A stretch of 64,000 nucleotides of DNA from an uncultured Clostridia bacterium (GCA_934130325.1 CAKOYA010000004.1:3477-67476); one strand, 5' to 3'. Counted from the stretch's first letter, positions 31,375 to 42,509 are shown. A program made the numbers and translations. The notes: generated by a model from the letters alone, not told the origin.

Positions 31375-34300
31375 ATGGAATTTGTGCATCTACATGTTCA
31401 TACAGAGTATAGTTTATTAGATGGTGCAATAAAGATAAATGATTTAGTAAATAGAGTAAAAGAGCTTGGAATGAAATCTGTTGCAATAACAGATCATGGA
31501 AATATGTTTGGAGTAATAGAATTTTATAAGAAATGTGTAGAAAAAGGAATAAAGCCAATTATAGGTTGTGAAGTATATGTTGCTCCTCGTAGTAGATTTG
31601 AAAAGCAAGGTAAAATAGATTCCGAACCAAATCATTTAATTTTACTTGCAATGAATAATGTAGGGTATAATAATTTGGTAAAGATATGTTCTAGTGGCTA
31701 TTTAGATGGATTTTATTATAAACCACGTATTGACATGGAAATTTTAAAACAATATAATGATGGTTTGATATGTCTTAGTGCATGTTTAGCGGGTAAAGTA
31801 GCAAGACAAATTGTTAATACAAATATAGATGGAGCAAAAAAAACAATACAAGAATTTATTGAAATATTTGGAAAAGATAGGTATTTTCTAGAGATACAAG
31901 ATAATAAATTAAGAGAGCAAATTTTAGTAAATCAGCAACTATTTAAAATTTCAAAAGAATTTGGAATAGGATTAGTTGCTACTAACGACTGCCATTATTT
32001 AAAAAAGGAAGACTATGATTTTCATGAAGTGTTATTATGTATAGGCACTAAAAAAAGTATAAATGATTATGATAGAATGACTTTTAAAAATAATGAATTT
32101 TATGTAAAATCTCCAGAGGAAGAAATAGAAGCCTTTAAAAATGTGCCAGAGGCAATAGAAAATACTGTTAAAATTTCAAATATGTGTAATGTTGAAATTG
32201 AGTTTGGAAACATTATTTTGCCAAAATTTGATATTCCGGGTGGATTAAGTAATTTAGAATATTTTAGAAATCTTTGTTATAATGGAATAGAGAATAGGTA
32301 TGGAAAAAGTCCTTCAAACGAAGTTTTAGATAGATTAGAATATGAAATAAGAATAATAAATCAGATGGGGTATATAGATTATTTTTTAATAGTACAAGAT
32401 TATATAAATTATGCTAAGTCAGTGGGAATTGCTGTTGGACCTGGACGTGGTAGTGGTGCTGGTTCAATTTGTGCCTACCTTATTGGTATAACTGATATTG
32501 ACCCTTTAAAATTTAATTTAATATTTGAACGTTTTTTAAATCCGGAAAGAATAAGTATGCCCGACTTTGATGTTGATTTTTGTTATGAAAGAAGACAGGA
32601 AGTTATAGATTATGTTGCAAGAAAGTATGGGAAAGATCATGTAGCACAAATAATAACTTTTGGGACTATGGCAGCAAGAGCTGCTGTAAGAGATGTAGCA
32701 AGAGCTTTGGATGTACCATACCAAAAGGCAGACTTAATTGCTAAAATGATTCCACATGAGTTAAAAGTTACAATAGAAGATGCACTTAATATAAATAAAG
32801 AGTTAAAAGATTTATATGATAGTGATATTCAAGTAAAACAAATAATTGATTTATCTAAAAAAGCTGAAGGAATGGTTAGGCATGCCTCAACACATGCAGC
32901 AGGTGTAGTAATAACTAAAGAACCTGTTGTAAGCTATGTTCCGCTATATGAAAATCAAAATATAATATCTACACAGTATACAATGAATATTTTAGAAGAA
33001 TTAGGTCTTCTTAAAATGGATTTTTTAGGTCTAAGAACTTTGACTGTTATATCTGATACTTTAAAGTTAATAGAAAAGATCCATGGTGTAAAATTAGAAA
33101 TTGAGAAAAACATGGATGATAAAAAAACCTTTAAAATGTTGTGTGATGGAAAGACAGCTGGTGTATTTCAAATGGAGAGCAGAGGTTTTAAACAAATGAT
33201 GATGAAAATGCAACCAGATAATTTAGAGGACATAATAGTAATGATATCGCTATATAGGCCTGGACCAATGGATCAAATTCCAAGATATATAGAAAATAAA
33301 AAAGCAAAGGGAAAAATTGTATATACACACAAATCTTTAGAGCCAATTTTAAAAGTAACGAATGGATGTATGATATATCAAGAGCAGGTAATGCAAATTT
33401 TTAGGGACCTTGCAGGATATAGTTTAGGTAGGGCTGATCTTGTAAGGAGAGCAATGGGAAAAAAGAAATTAGATATAATGGCAAAAGAGCGTGATATATT
33501 TGTAGATGGTGCAATTAAAAATGGAATAGATAAGGAAAGTGCAAATAAAATATTTGATGAAATGGCAGAATTTGCTAAGTATGCCTTTAATAAATCTCAT
33601 GCAGCAGCATATGCTGTTGTAGCATATAAAACGGCATATTTAAAAGCACATTATCCGCATGAATTTATGGCAGCAACTTTAAATAGTTTTATTGGAAATT
33701 TAAATAAGATATCCGAGTATATTGAAGAATGTAGAACTATGGGAATTGAAGTGTTAAAACCGGATATAAATGAAAGTTACTCTAAATTTTCTGTAGTTAA
33801 TAATAAGATAAGATTTGCATTAGTATCTATAAAAAATGTTGGACAAAATGCTATAGAAGAAATAATTAAAGAAAGGAAAATAAATGGAAGATATAATTCT
33901 TTTATTGAATTTTGTGAACGAGTAGCTGGAGATCAAGTAAATAAAAAGTGTATAGAAAGCTTAATCATGGCTGGCGCCTTTGACGAAATAGAAAGTGACA
34001 TTAATAGATTTGATTTATTAGACTCATATGAAAAAATTGTGGATAATGTTGTACAGACAAGAAAAAGTAATTATATTAATCAAATAAATATATTTGATAT
34101 GCAAAAAGATAAAGTTATTAATAAAATTACTATTAGTAAATCGTTAAGAACACCTAGTAAAAAAGAAGTCTTGGAAATGGAAAAAGAAATCTTAGGGCTT
34201 TATGTATCTGGTCATCCACTGGATGAATACAAAGAATATATTACAAAGAATTCGACTATAACAAGTAAGGAACTGCTAGATATTACCAATATTTCCGAAG

Positions 34301-34821
34301 AAAATGAATTATACAATGATGGCAAAATATATGATAATACTAATCAAGTATTTTGTGGAATTTTAACAAATTGTAAAATACTTACTACTAAAAGTAATAA
34401 ACAAATGATGTTTGCAAATGTAGAAGATTTGTATGGAAGTATAGAAGTTGTAATATTTCCAAATATATATGTAAAGTATTCAAATATTTTACAAAAAGAT
34501 AATATTTTAAAACTTACTGGAAAAATTAATATAAAAGAAGATGAAAGTCCAAAATTAATTTTATCTAATGCTGAAATAATAAAGAAACAATGTAAAATAT
34601 ATATTAAATTACCAAAAGATAAATTAGAAATGGAAGGTAGAGTAATTGATTTTATTATGAGTTTAGAAGGCCAATATAGAGGAAATTCACCAGTATATAT
34701 TTTTTATGAAGGAACAAATAAAGTTAGAATACTAAATAAATCAGTTTGGTTAAACACATCGGATAATACATTAGATAGATTGTGTACTGCCTTTGGAGAA
34801 GAAAATGTTAAAGTAAAATAA
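31375..34821 (+). CDS. dnaE: DNA polymerase III alpha subunit (DnaE type)
   Basis: PHP N-terminus FVHLHVHTEYSLLDG, the GPGRGSGAGS and PDFDVDF catalytic motifs, and a C-terminal OB-fold region. ATG 31375 follows GGTGA. Confidence 0.96.
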   Translation: MEFVHLHVHTEYSLLDGAIKINDLVNRVKELGMKSVAITDHGNMFGVIEFYKKCVEKGIKPIIGCEVYVAPRSRFEKQGKIDSEPNHLILLAMNNVGYNNLVKICSSGYLDGFYYKPRIDMEILKQYNDGLICLSACLAGKVARQIVNTNIDGAKKTIQEFIEIFGKDRYFLEIQDNKLREQILVNQQLFKISKEFGIGLVATNDCHYLKKEDYDFHEVLLCIGTKKSINDYDRMTFKNNEFYVKSPEEEIEAFKNVPEAIENTVKISNMCNVEIEFGNIILPKFDIPGGLSNLEYFRNLCYNGIENRYGKSPSNEVLDRLEYEIRIINQMGYIDYFLIVQDYINYAKSVGIAVGPGRGSGAGSICAYLIGITDIDPLKFNLIFERFLNPERISMPDFDVDFCYERRQEVIDYVARKYGKDHVAQIITFGTMAARAAVRDVARALDVPYQKADLIAKMIPHELKVTIEDALNINKELKDLYDSDIQVKQIIDLSKKAEGMVRHASTHAAGVVITKEPVVSYVPLYENQNIISTQYTMNILEELGLLKMDFLGLRTLTVISDTLKLIEKIHGVKLEIEKNMDDKKTFKMLCDGKTAGVFQMESRGFKQMMMKMQPDNLEDIIVMISLYRPGPMDQIPRYIENKKAKGKIVYTHKSLEPILKVTNGCMIYQEQVMQIFRDLAGYSLGRADLVRRAMGKKKLDIMAKERDIFVDGAIKNGIDKESANKIFDEMAEFAKYAFNKSHAAAYAVVAYKTAYLKAHYPHEFMAATLNSFIGNLNKISEYIEECRTMGIEVLKPDINESYSKFSVVNNKIRFALVSIKNVGQNAIEEIIKERKINGRYNSFIEFCERVAGDQVNKKCIESLIMAGAFDEIESDINRFDLLDSYEKIVDNVVQTRKSNYINQINIFDMQKDKVINKITISKSLRTPSKKEVLEMEKEILGLYVSGHPLDEYKEYITKNSTITSKELLDITNISEENELYNDGKIYDNTNQVFCGILTNCKILTTKSNKQMMFANVEDLYGSIEVVIFPNIYVKYSNILQKDNILKLTGKINIKEDESPKLILSNAEIIKKQCKIYIKLPKDKLEMEGRVIDFIMSLEGQYRGNSPVYIFYEGTNKVRILNKSVWLNTSDNTLDRLCTAFGEENVKVK

Positions 34822-34855
34822 TACAATTTTTATGTTGGTTAGTGTATAATTCATA

Positions 34856-34892
34856 TAAAAAAAGGTTTGAAATTAAATCAAACCTTTTTTTG
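34856..34892. terminator. Bidirectional terminator between dnaE and the SPFH gene
   Basis: AGGTTTGA (34863-34870) pairs with TCAAACCT (34878-34885), flanked by an A-run and a T-run. Confidence 0.8.
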
Positions 34893-34904
34893 TTCTATTT
34901 AAAA

Positions 34905-35840
34905 TTATTTATCATTTTTTATAATTTCTGCAGCAGCACCTAAACCTCCCATAGCTTTTGAAGCATCAAAAGGGATAAATACTTTATTTGCTTTACCATC
35001 AGCTATTTTTTCTAGGGCTTCAAGTGATTTTAAAGCAACTAAATTTTGATCAGGTTTTGTATCCATTATAGCAGAATAAACACTGTGAATCTCTTCAGAT
35101 TTAGCAGCAGCAATCTTTTTAATTGCCTCAGCATTACCTTCAGCTTCTAATATTTTTGATTCTCTAATACCTTGTGCACGTCTAATACTTGATTCACGCT
35201 CTGCCTCTGCCTCAAGAATAGTAGCCTGTTTTTTACCTTCAGCAAGAGTAATATCAGCTTGGCGTTTACCTTCAGCTTCAAGAATGGTAGCTCTTTTATT
35301 TCTTTCAGCATTCATCTGTTTTTCCATGGCATCTCTTATATCTACAGGTGGTTTTATATCTTTTATTTCAACACGGTCAACTTTACATCCCCATTTATCA
35401 GTAGCCTCATCAAGTATTGTTCTTAATTGATTATTAATCAAATCTCTTGAACTAAATGTACTATCTAAATCCATTTTACCAACAATATCACGTATTGTAG
35501 TTATTGCTATATATGCGATACCTTTTTGTAAACTTTCAATTTCATATACTGCTTTTGCAGGCTCTGTTATTTGATAAAAAACAACAGTATCTATAGTAAT
35601 TGTAACATTATCTTTGGTTATAACACTTTGAGGTGTAACGTCCATTGTTTGTTGTTTTAAACTTACTACCGCTCTAACATGGTCAATAAATGGTACAATA
35701 AAGTTAAGACCTGCTTCTGCAGTTTTGTGATATTTACCAAAACGTTCAATTATGCGAACTTCAGATTGTCTTACGACTTTTATTGAACTTGCGGATATTA
35801 TAATAAATAATATAACTATAATTATAAAAAATATTTCCAT
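34905..35840 (-). CDS. SPFH/band-7 (stomatin/prohibitin-like, QmcA-type) membrane protein
   Basis: N-terminal TM helix, an SPFH core (VRQSEVRIIERFGKY...), and C-terminal A/E-rich repeats (ILEAEG...). Confidence 0.88.
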   Translation of the reverse strand: MEIFFIIIVILFIIISASSIKVVRQSEVRIIERFGKYHKTAEAGLNFIVPFIDHVRAVVSLKQQTMDVTPQSVITKDNVTITIDTVVFYQITEPAKAVYEIESLQKGIAYIAITTIRDIVGKMDLDSTFSSRDLINNQLRTILDEATDKWGCKVDRVEIKDIKPPVDIRDAMEKQMNAERNKRATILEAEGKRQADITLAEGKKQATILEAEAERESSIRRAQGIRESKILEAEGNAEAIKKIAAAKSEEIHSVYSAIMDTKPDQNLVALKSLEALEKIADGKANKVFIPFDASKAMGGLGAAAEIIKNDK

Positions 35841-35852
35841 AAATAAATCCTC

Positions 35853-36284
35853 CTAAACTTTTTTTACTATTAATTTTACACCGTTAATTCCAGTCACTTC
35901 TACAGTTGAGTTTTCTGGAATTATATTATTATCATTGGAAATTGCAGACCAAAGTTCACCGTTTATTTTTACTTGGCCTTTTGAATTAATATTATCAATT
36001 TCTTTTATTACTAACGCTTGTTTACCAATTATAGCATTATTGTTCATCGGTATTTCTTTTGTTTTAAATATCTTCTTAACCAATGGTTTCATAAATATAA
36101 GCATTAATATAGTTGATACAGCAAAAACTCCAATTTGCACTGGAACAGAAAATCCAAGTACACTTGTAATAAATGCAAAGAATGCCCCTATACCTGGCCA
36201 AAACATTAGAAATGACACAGTGAATATTTCTATAATAAGAAAAACACCACAAAGGATTAGCCAGATAGTCCAACTGTATAGCAT
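35853..36284 (-). CDS. NfeD-family membrane protein
   Basis: Three N-terminal TM helices plus a C-terminal OB-like domain (G.A...I....G.V.I.GE.W.A), in the canonical position upstream of the SPFH gene. Confidence 0.8.
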   Translation of the reverse strand: MLYSWTIWLILCGVFLIIEIFTVSFLMFWPGIGAFFAFITSVLGFSVPVQIGVFAVSTILMLIFMKPLVKKIFKTKEIPMNNNAIIGKQALVIKEIDNINSKGQVKINGELWSAISNDNNIIPENSTVEVTGINGVKLIVKKV

Positions 36285-36528
36285 ATGTATACCTCCTTTA
36301 TATAAATATGTTTACATATTATAATTATACAATAGTATATTGCAAAATACAAGAAAAAAGTATATATATTGGAAAAATGTTACAAGTTTGTTACAAACTT
36401 GACATATACTATAATATATGTTAAAATTTCTATGTTTTCTGGTTAGAGAAAACGTAAAATTTGACAATATTGCAAAAAGATGTTATAATGTAATAGTACC
36501 TGTAAAAAGGAAGGTGTAAATTTTTATT

Positions 36529-37524
36529 ATGGAAAAAAAAGGCGTTCTCAGTACGCTAAGATTTATTTTATTTACTGTTTTTTTTATAGCTCTAGTATTT
36601 AGTGCAGTTTTGGTTACTGTTCTTAATACTTATAAACCAGCAGTGAAGGCCTATTTAAATGGAAAGTTTATTGGGTATTTTTCTAATGAACAGCAGTTTG
36701 ATGAGGTGTATAATGATTTAGTTACTGAAAAGCAAAGTATAGATCCTAATGTTAAAGTATATTTAGAATATGAACCAACATTTGAAACTAGTTATGTAAG
36801 AGATAGTGTGATAGCAGATCAAAATGTTTATACTAATTTGAGAGCTGAAGTTAAAACTGAATTTACTATATATAATGTTGCTGTTGATGGCGAAACTAAA
36901 ATGACTTTTAATACTCAGGATGAAGCTAATAAATATGCTGAAAATTTAAAGAAGGAAGTTGCCAAGTTAAATACAGAGGTAAAAGTAGAAAAAGTTGGGG
37001 AACTTGGTGAGATGACTTCTATTGAAAGAGCAGATAGTATTTTAAAAGATATTGTAGATAGAAATAAGCCAGTTGAAACCCCTAAAACTACTATCACAAA
37101 TAAGACAACTACTAGTAATGTTACTACTATAGGTGCTACACAAGTTGCTGCTACAGGAGCAGGTGTATGGCCTACCGTAAATAGGAGAATAAATTGTGCA
37201 TATATGGGGTATGCTGGTCACACTGGAATAGATTTAGGTGGAGCAGTTGGAACCGCAATATATGCGTATAGATCTGGTACTGTTACGTTTGCAGGTTGGG
37301 GAACAGGTTATGGTTTACATGTAAAGATTGACCATGGAAATGGTATGTCTACATTATATGCACACTGTAGTCAACTATTAGTGTCTGCAGGTCAAACAGT
37401 TTCAGAAGGACAAATGATTGCAAAAATAGGGCTTACTGGTTATACAACAGGACCACATTTACATTTTGAAGTAAGACTTAATGGTGTACCTGTAAATCCT
37501 TACCAGTACATCGCTGGAAAATAG
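36529..37524 (+). CDS. M23-family metallopeptidase (peptidoglycan DD-endopeptidase-like)
   Basis: N-terminal TM helix, with GHTGIDL and GPHLHFEV zinc-site motifs in the C-terminal domain. Confidence 0.88.
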   Translation: MEKKGVLSTLRFILFTVFFIALVFSAVLVTVLNTYKPAVKAYLNGKFIGYFSNEQQFDEVYNDLVTEKQSIDPNVKVYLEYEPTFETSYVRDSVIADQNVYTNLRAEVKTEFTIYNVAVDGETKMTFNTQDEANKYAENLKKEVAKLNTEVKVEKVGELGEMTSIERADSILKDIVDRNKPVETPKTTITNKTTTSNVTTIGATQVAATGAGVWPTVNRRINCAYMGYAGHTGIDLGGAVGTAIYAYRSGTVTFAGWGTGYGLHVKIDHGNGMSTLYAHCSQLLVSAGQTVSEGQMIAKIGLTGYTTGPHLHFEVRLNGVPVNPYQYIAGK

Positions 37525-37645
37525 AATTTTGGTAAATGGATTGAATATTGTTCAATCATTTATATATACACCTATTTCTCAGAATTTACTTTCCTCAAGT
37601 TTTTTCTTGGATATAGGCATGGTTTTTAAATAGGGAGGAATTAAA

Positions 37646-37909
37646 ATGACTAAAGAAAGAAAAGCTGAGATTTTATCAACTTATGCAAGGGGAAACAATG
37701 ACACTGGTTCTGCTGAAGTGCAAATTGCTATTCTAACAGAAAGAATCAATGAGTTAACTGAACATTTAAGAGTTCATAAAAAGGATGAACATTCTAGACG
37801 TGGACTTTTAATAATGGTTGGTAAGAGAAAAAGACTTTTAAAGTATCTTGAAAATAGAGATATTGAAAGATATAGAGAAATTATATCTAAATTAAATTTA
37901 CGTAAGTAA
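37646..37909 (+). CDS. rpsO: 30S ribosomal protein S15
   Basis: 87 aa. [28 protein letters not shown] is the S15 signature. Confidence 0.97.
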   Translation: MTKERKAEILSTYARGNNDTGSAEVQIAILTERINELTEHLRVHKKDEHSRRGLLIMVGKRKRLLKYLENRDIERYREIISKLNLRK

Positions 37910-37950
37910 AAAAATATAGCTGTAAAGTTATTTTACAGCTATATTTTTTT
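37909..37950. terminator. Bidirectional terminator shared by rpsO and glmS
   Basis: ATATAGCTGTAAA (37914-37926) pairs with TTTACAGCTATAT (37931-37943), flanked by an A-run and a T-run. Confidence 0.85.
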
Positions 37951-39760
37951 ATTCTACAGTTACAGATTTGGCTAAATTTTTAGGCTTATCTATATCACAA
38001 TTACGAAGTTTAGCAGTTTCATACGCAATTAATTGCAAAGGAATTATTGTTGCAAAAGGTTGCAGTAAACTATTTATTTTAGGTATTTTTAAGACAATAT
38101 CAGCAAAATCCTCTACAGATTCTATATTATTAGTAGTTATTAATATTACAAATGCACCTCGTGATTTTACTTCTTTTATATTACTAATAGTTTTCTCAAT
38201 TAAATTATCATCAGTTGCAATTGCAATTACAGGTGTACCATCTGATATTAATGAAATTGTTCCATGTTTTAATTCACCCGCAGCGTATGCCTCTGAATGA
38301 ATATACGATATCTCCTTTAATTTTAATGAACCTTCTAAAGATAATGCATAATCAATACCTCTTCCTAAGAAGAAAATATTTTCATTGTTTTTCAATTTAT
38401 TAGCGATTTCAATGTATTTACTATTATCGGTAATTATTTTTTCTAAAGTACCTTTTAATTCAATCATTTCTTTAAATAATTCCTGCTTAAAGTCTTCAGT
38501 TAAAATATCCTTATTTTTCATAGCACATAGAGTAAGAAGTAATAGTATTGCAACTTGTGACGTATATCCTTTAGTAGTGGCTACAGCAATTTCGGGACCT
38601 GCATGAGTATATATCGTTCTTTCTGCTTCTCTTGAAATGCTTGAACCTATTGCATTTACAATTGCAAGGGTTTTAGCTCCGTGTTCTTTTGCAATTCTTA
38701 AGGCTGCTAAGCTATCAGCTGTTTCACCTGACTGAGAGATTATTATAACTAGTGTATTAGGAGATAATAGTTGCTTTTTATACCTATATTCGGAAGCTAT
38801 TTCAACAGTAGTTTTTAAAGAGGCAAAGTTTTCAAATAGGTATTTTCCAACCATTCCAGCGTGCATAGCACTTCCACAAGCTACTATATGTACTTCATCA
38901 TAATTTACAAAATCAATATTTAAATATTCTTCATTTTTTGTGAAATTTTCAAATATTTTGGATATTACATTTGGTTGTTCATTAATTTCTTTTAACATAA
39001 AGTGTTCAAATCCATTTTTTTGGTATTCAGTGGCTGACCAATCAGCTACCTTGATTTCTTTATCAATTAAATTCAAGTTTTCATCAAATATTTTATAATC
39101 ATTTGGGGTAATTTTGGCAAATTCACCGTATTCTAATAAAATATATTTATTTGTATAGTTTAGTATTGCAGATATATCAGAAGCAGTAAAATTTCCAAAT
39201 TGTCCAATCCCTATTATAAGAGGACTATCTTTTCTAGTTGCATATATAGTATCAGGATCATCATCAAATAAAATAGAAAAGGCATACGAACCCCTAAATT
39301 GTTTGCAAGCGGTTATTATTGAGTTTAGTGGGGTGTTGCTATTAGAATTTTCATATATATAATTAATATATGCACAAGCTACTTCAGTATCCGTATTGGA
39401 TAGGAAGTTAACACCTTTTTCTATTAAAAATTCCTTTAATTCAAGATAATTTTCAATAATTCCGTTATGTACTAATGTAACTTTTCCTACTTTATGTGGA
39501 TGGGCATTTATCTCATCAGGAATTCCGTGCGTTGCCCATCGTGTGTGTCCTATTGCAGTTGTAGAATTTATTTTTTTATCTTTTAGTAAATCTTCCAAAT
39601 TAGATATTTTTCCTTTTGATTTGTATAAATTAATTTTTTTATTCTCAAACGTAGCTATTCCAGCAGAGTCATAACCTCTATATTCTAGATTTTTAAGTCC
39701 AACAATTACTTTTTCTTTAGCATCAGTTTTTGTTGAACAATAACCAATTATTCCACACAT
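37949..39760 (-). CDS. glmS: Glutamine--fructose-6-phosphate aminotransferase (isomerizing)
   Basis: The N-terminal nucleophile MCGIIGY sets the start at 39760. Two SIS domains are present, and the C-terminus ends in KSVTVE. Confidence 0.96.
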   Translation of the reverse strand: MCGIIGYCSTKTDAKEKVIVGLKNLEYRGYDSAGIATFENKKINLYKSKGKISNLEDLLKDKKINSTTAIGHTRWATHGIPDEINAHPHKVGKVTLVHNGIIENYLELKEFLIEKGVNFLSNTDTEVACAYINYIYENSNSNTPLNSIITACKQFRGSYAFSILFDDDPDTIYATRKDSPLIIGIGQFGNFTASDISAILNYTNKYILLEYGEFAKITPNDYKIFDENLNLIDKEIKVADWSATEYQKNGFEHFMLKEINEQPNVISKIFENFTKNEEYLNIDFVNYDEVHIVACGSAMHAGMVGKYLFENFASLKTTVEIASEYRYKKQLLSPNTLVIIISQSGETADSLAALRIAKEHGAKTLAIVNAIGSSISREAERTIYTHAGPEIAVATTKGYTSQVAILLLLTLCAMKNKDILTEDFKQELFKEMIELKGTLEKIITDNSKYIEIANKLKNNENIFFLGRGIDYALSLEGSLKLKEISYIHSEAYAAGELKHGTISLISDGTPVIAIATDDNLIEKTISNIKEVKSRGAFVILITTNNIESVEDFADIVLKIPKINSLLQPFATIIPLQLIAYETAKLRNCDIDKPKNLAKSVTVE

Positions 39761-39799
39761 AATAAAACCTCCATATATATTATTTTCAAAGTACAAAAA

Positions 39800-39960
39800 A
39801 ATATTATTTATTGTTATTTAGATTACATATTTTTTGTAGTAATTTTGGATTTTACTTTTGTAATATGTATTACGATACTAAATATACCGTGATAGCATCC
39901 GCTTAAAAATTCGACAACTATCATCCTCGTTTAACGTTATAGTTTTAGCGCTATTTTAAT
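39800..39960 (-). ncRNA. glmS ribozyme (GlcN6P-dependent self-cleaving riboswitch)
   Basis: The minus strand reads AGCGCUAAAACU...AACGAGGAUGAUAGUUGUCGAAUUUUUAAGCGGAUGCUAUCACGG. This matches the conserved AGCGCC cleavage-site element and the ACGAGGAUG..UCGAAUUUU..GCGGAUGC core, directly 5' of glmS. Confidence 0.85.
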
Positions 39961-40003
39961 ATACCTAAAAGCACCTCCTAATGGTAGTATTAAAATTTAT
40001 TTA

Positions 40004-40032
40004 ATTTTATTATATATTATATTTTTTGTCAA
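40004..40032 (-). promoter_or_regulatory. Sigma-A promoter for the glmS ribozyme/glmS transcript
   Basis: On the minus strand: TTGACA (40032-40027), a 17-nt spacer, then TAAAAT (40009-40004). Confidence 0.6.
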
Positions 40033-40211
40033 TTTTTATTATGAAAAAATTTTATTAAATTATAGTAAAAAACAAGTATTAAAAAGATATTTTTATTTTT
40101 AAGTTAAAAATAAAAAAAGTATTGATAAAAGCTTTTATTTTTTTTTCTATTATGATATAATTTTATATATATTGACAATATTTTGTAAGTCATGTTTTTT
40201 AGAGAGGTTTA

Positions 40212-42509
40212 ATGGTAATTATGTATATAAAAAATAGAAAATCAAATTTTGTTGTAAGTATAGCGCTTTTGCTAATAATTACAACTACTTTAAATATATT
40301 TTATCCATTTAGCTATGTAAAAGGATATGCAAGTGGATATGGGCATTCAGAAATTAAATATGATGCCTCAGATAATAGTTCGGTTTTTCCAGAAAGTTAT
40401 AAAAGTTATATAAAAGAATTGAAGAAGAAATATCCAAATTGGAAAATTAAAGCAGTTTATTTAAATCTTGACTGGAATACCAGTGTAAGTAAAGAAACAG
40501 AAGGAACAAAGTCAAGAGTACCTCGAAGTTATGCAGATGACTGGAAAATGACAAGTGCTGCTTCAAGAAGTGACTATAATGCAGCAGGTTGGGTACTTGC
40601 ATCCCAAAAAGCTGTAGCATATACTTTAGATCCAAGAAATTTCTTAACAGAAGAAGGCATTTTCCAATTTAAAGCTTCAGATGAAGATGTATCATCAGAT
40701 ACTCAAAGTGCAGTTGACTCACTTTTAAGTAGTACTGTAATGGGTAGTAATGATTATAAAAATAAATATTATAATGGAACATCTTGGGTATCAATGTCAA
40801 ACAGTTACTCTCAAATAATAAAAAATGTTGGGACAAGTTTAAAAGTAAGTCCAATATTTATTGCTTCAAGAATAAAACAAGAAACTGATGGTAACATAAT
40901 GAATAATGGATCTATAAATGGAAAAAATTCCACTTATCCTGGGTACTTTAATTTCTTTAATATAGGTGCAACAGATGGAAATGGTGCGGTAAGCTATGGA
41001 GTTGCTATGGCTTATAAAAATGGATGGAATACTCCTGAATTAGCAATAAAAGGTGGTGTAAGCCACATATATAATAATTATATAAAATATGGACAAAATA
41101 CTGTGTATTTTCAAAAGTTTGATGTTAATAATACAGCGTCTGCCAGTGGCTTGTATACATATCAATATATGACTAACATTTTAGCACCTTATGGGGAATC
41201 AAAAATAGCATATAATGCATATAAGAATTCTAACACTTTAAATTCATCATTTACTTTTTATGTCCCAGTGTACAGTAATATGCCAAATTCAAGTTCACCA
41301 TATCCTACATCTACTGTTAATGTTGATAATTTAAATGGAACTGATATAGTATACTTAGATGATGGGGTATCTAATGGTACAGATTACTTTAATTTAAGGA
41401 GTGGTCCGGGTACAGATCATTCTGTAATTGCAACAGTTATAGAATCTCAGGAAGGTGCAGAAAATAGAACTAAATTTGTTAGAACTCAGAAGGGTTCAAA
41501 TGGTTGGGATAAAATAAAATTGGCAAATGGTACGGAGGCGTATGTATATCAGGCATATGTAAGAACATATAATTATACACATGTAGAAAATGTAAGCTTA
41601 GATAAAACTAGTCTAGAATTAAAAGTTGGAAATACATATAAAGTTACTCCTAGCATTTCACCAAGTAACGCTTTGGTAAAAGGTGTAACATATGAAAGTA
41701 GTAATAATAATATAGCTTCAGTAAATAGTGATGGAACAATTACTGCAAAATCAGTTGGAAATGCTAAAATTACTGTAAAAACTATAGATGGAAATAAAAC
41801 TGCTGTTTGTAATGTTAATGTAGTAAAAACAATTGCAACAAAGATTTCAACTTCCGTTAATACTTACTCAGTAGCTGTTGATAATTACTTAAATGTTACT
41901 CCTGTAATAGAACCAAGTAATACAACAGATAAAACATTTAGTATTAGTATAGATGACACTAATATAGCTAAAGTCGAAAATAATAAAATAAAAGGAATAA
42001 AAGAAGGAACTACTAAAGTTACGCTTACTACTAAAGATGGCAGTAATTTAAAATGTACATTTACTTTAAATGTTAGAAAAGACAATATAACAGTTACAAA
42101 TAAAATTTCATTAAGTAACGATGGAATTATTTCAAAAGTAAATCCTGGTGATACAGTAGAATATATAACTAAAAATATAAACAGTTCATTTACTATAAAA
42201 TTGTACAATAGTTCAAATAAAGAAATGTCTTCAAAAGATATTGTAGGAACTGGTACTAAAGTTAAAATTTTAGAGAATACAAGTACATTATATGAATACG
42301 AAATATTAATAAAAGGTGATATTTCAGGCGACGGAAAAATAACATCGAGTGATTATATATATATTAAGAATTATATAATGAATTCTTCTAATTTAGATGG
42401 AATAAAATATTCAGCTGCTGATATTAATAAAGATGGAAAGGTTACTTCAAAAGATTATGTATATGTAAGAAAATACATAATGGGAGAAACTAATATAATA
42501 AATCAGTAG
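40212..42509 (+). CDS. Secreted multidomain cell-wall hydrolase: GH73-like N-acetylglucosaminidase + SH3b-like + Big_2 repeats + C-terminal type-I dockerin-like pair
   Basis: Signal/TM N-terminus and a glucosaminidase-type FIASRIKQETDG (catalytic Glu context). Big_2-like repeats (VTPSISPSNA...ITAKSVGNAKITV; VTPVIEPSNT...). Two EF-hand-like segments, GDISGDGKITSSDYIYIKNYIM and ADINKDGKVTSKDYVYVRKYIM. Confidence 0.75.
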   Translation: MVIMYIKNRKSNFVVSIALLLIITTTLNIFYPFSYVKGYASGYGHSEIKYDASDNSSVFPESYKSYIKELKKKYPNWKIKAVYLNLDWNTSVSKETEGTKSRVPRSYADDWKMTSAASRSDYNAAGWVLASQKAVAYTLDPRNFLTEEGIFQFKASDEDVSSDTQSAVDSLLSSTVMGSNDYKNKYYNGTSWVSMSNSYSQIIKNVGTSLKVSPIFIASRIKQETDGNIMNNGSINGKNSTYPGYFNFFNIGATDGNGAVSYGVAMAYKNGWNTPELAIKGGVSHIYNNYIKYGQNTVYFQKFDVNNTASASGLYTYQYMTNILAPYGESKIAYNAYKNSNTLNSSFTFYVPVYSNMPNSSSPYPTSTVNVDNLNGTDIVYLDDGVSNGTDYFNLRSGPGTDHSVIATVIESQEGAENRTKFVRTQKGSNGWDKIKLANGTEAYVYQAYVRTYNYTHVENVSLDKTSLELKVGNTYKVTPSISPSNALVKGVTYESSNNNIASVNSDGTITAKSVGNAKITVKTIDGNKTAVCNVNVVKTIATKISTSVNTYSVAVDNYLNVTPVIEPSNTTDKTFSISIDDTNIAKVENNKIKGIKEGTTKVTLTTKDGSNLKCTFTLNVRKDNITVTNKISLSNDGIISKVNPGDTVEYITKNINSSFTIKLYNSSNKEMSSKDIVGTGTKVKILENTSTLYEYEILIKGDISGDGKITSSDYIYIKNYIMNSSNLDGIKYSAADINKDGKVTSKDYVYVRKYIMGETNIINQ

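Noticed and set aside
34905-36284. SPFH/NfeD pair as a candidate novel system
   Set aside because: This is a well-known, widespread two-gene membrane-scaffold module (QmcA/YbbJ-like) in canonical order. Nothing unusual was seen.
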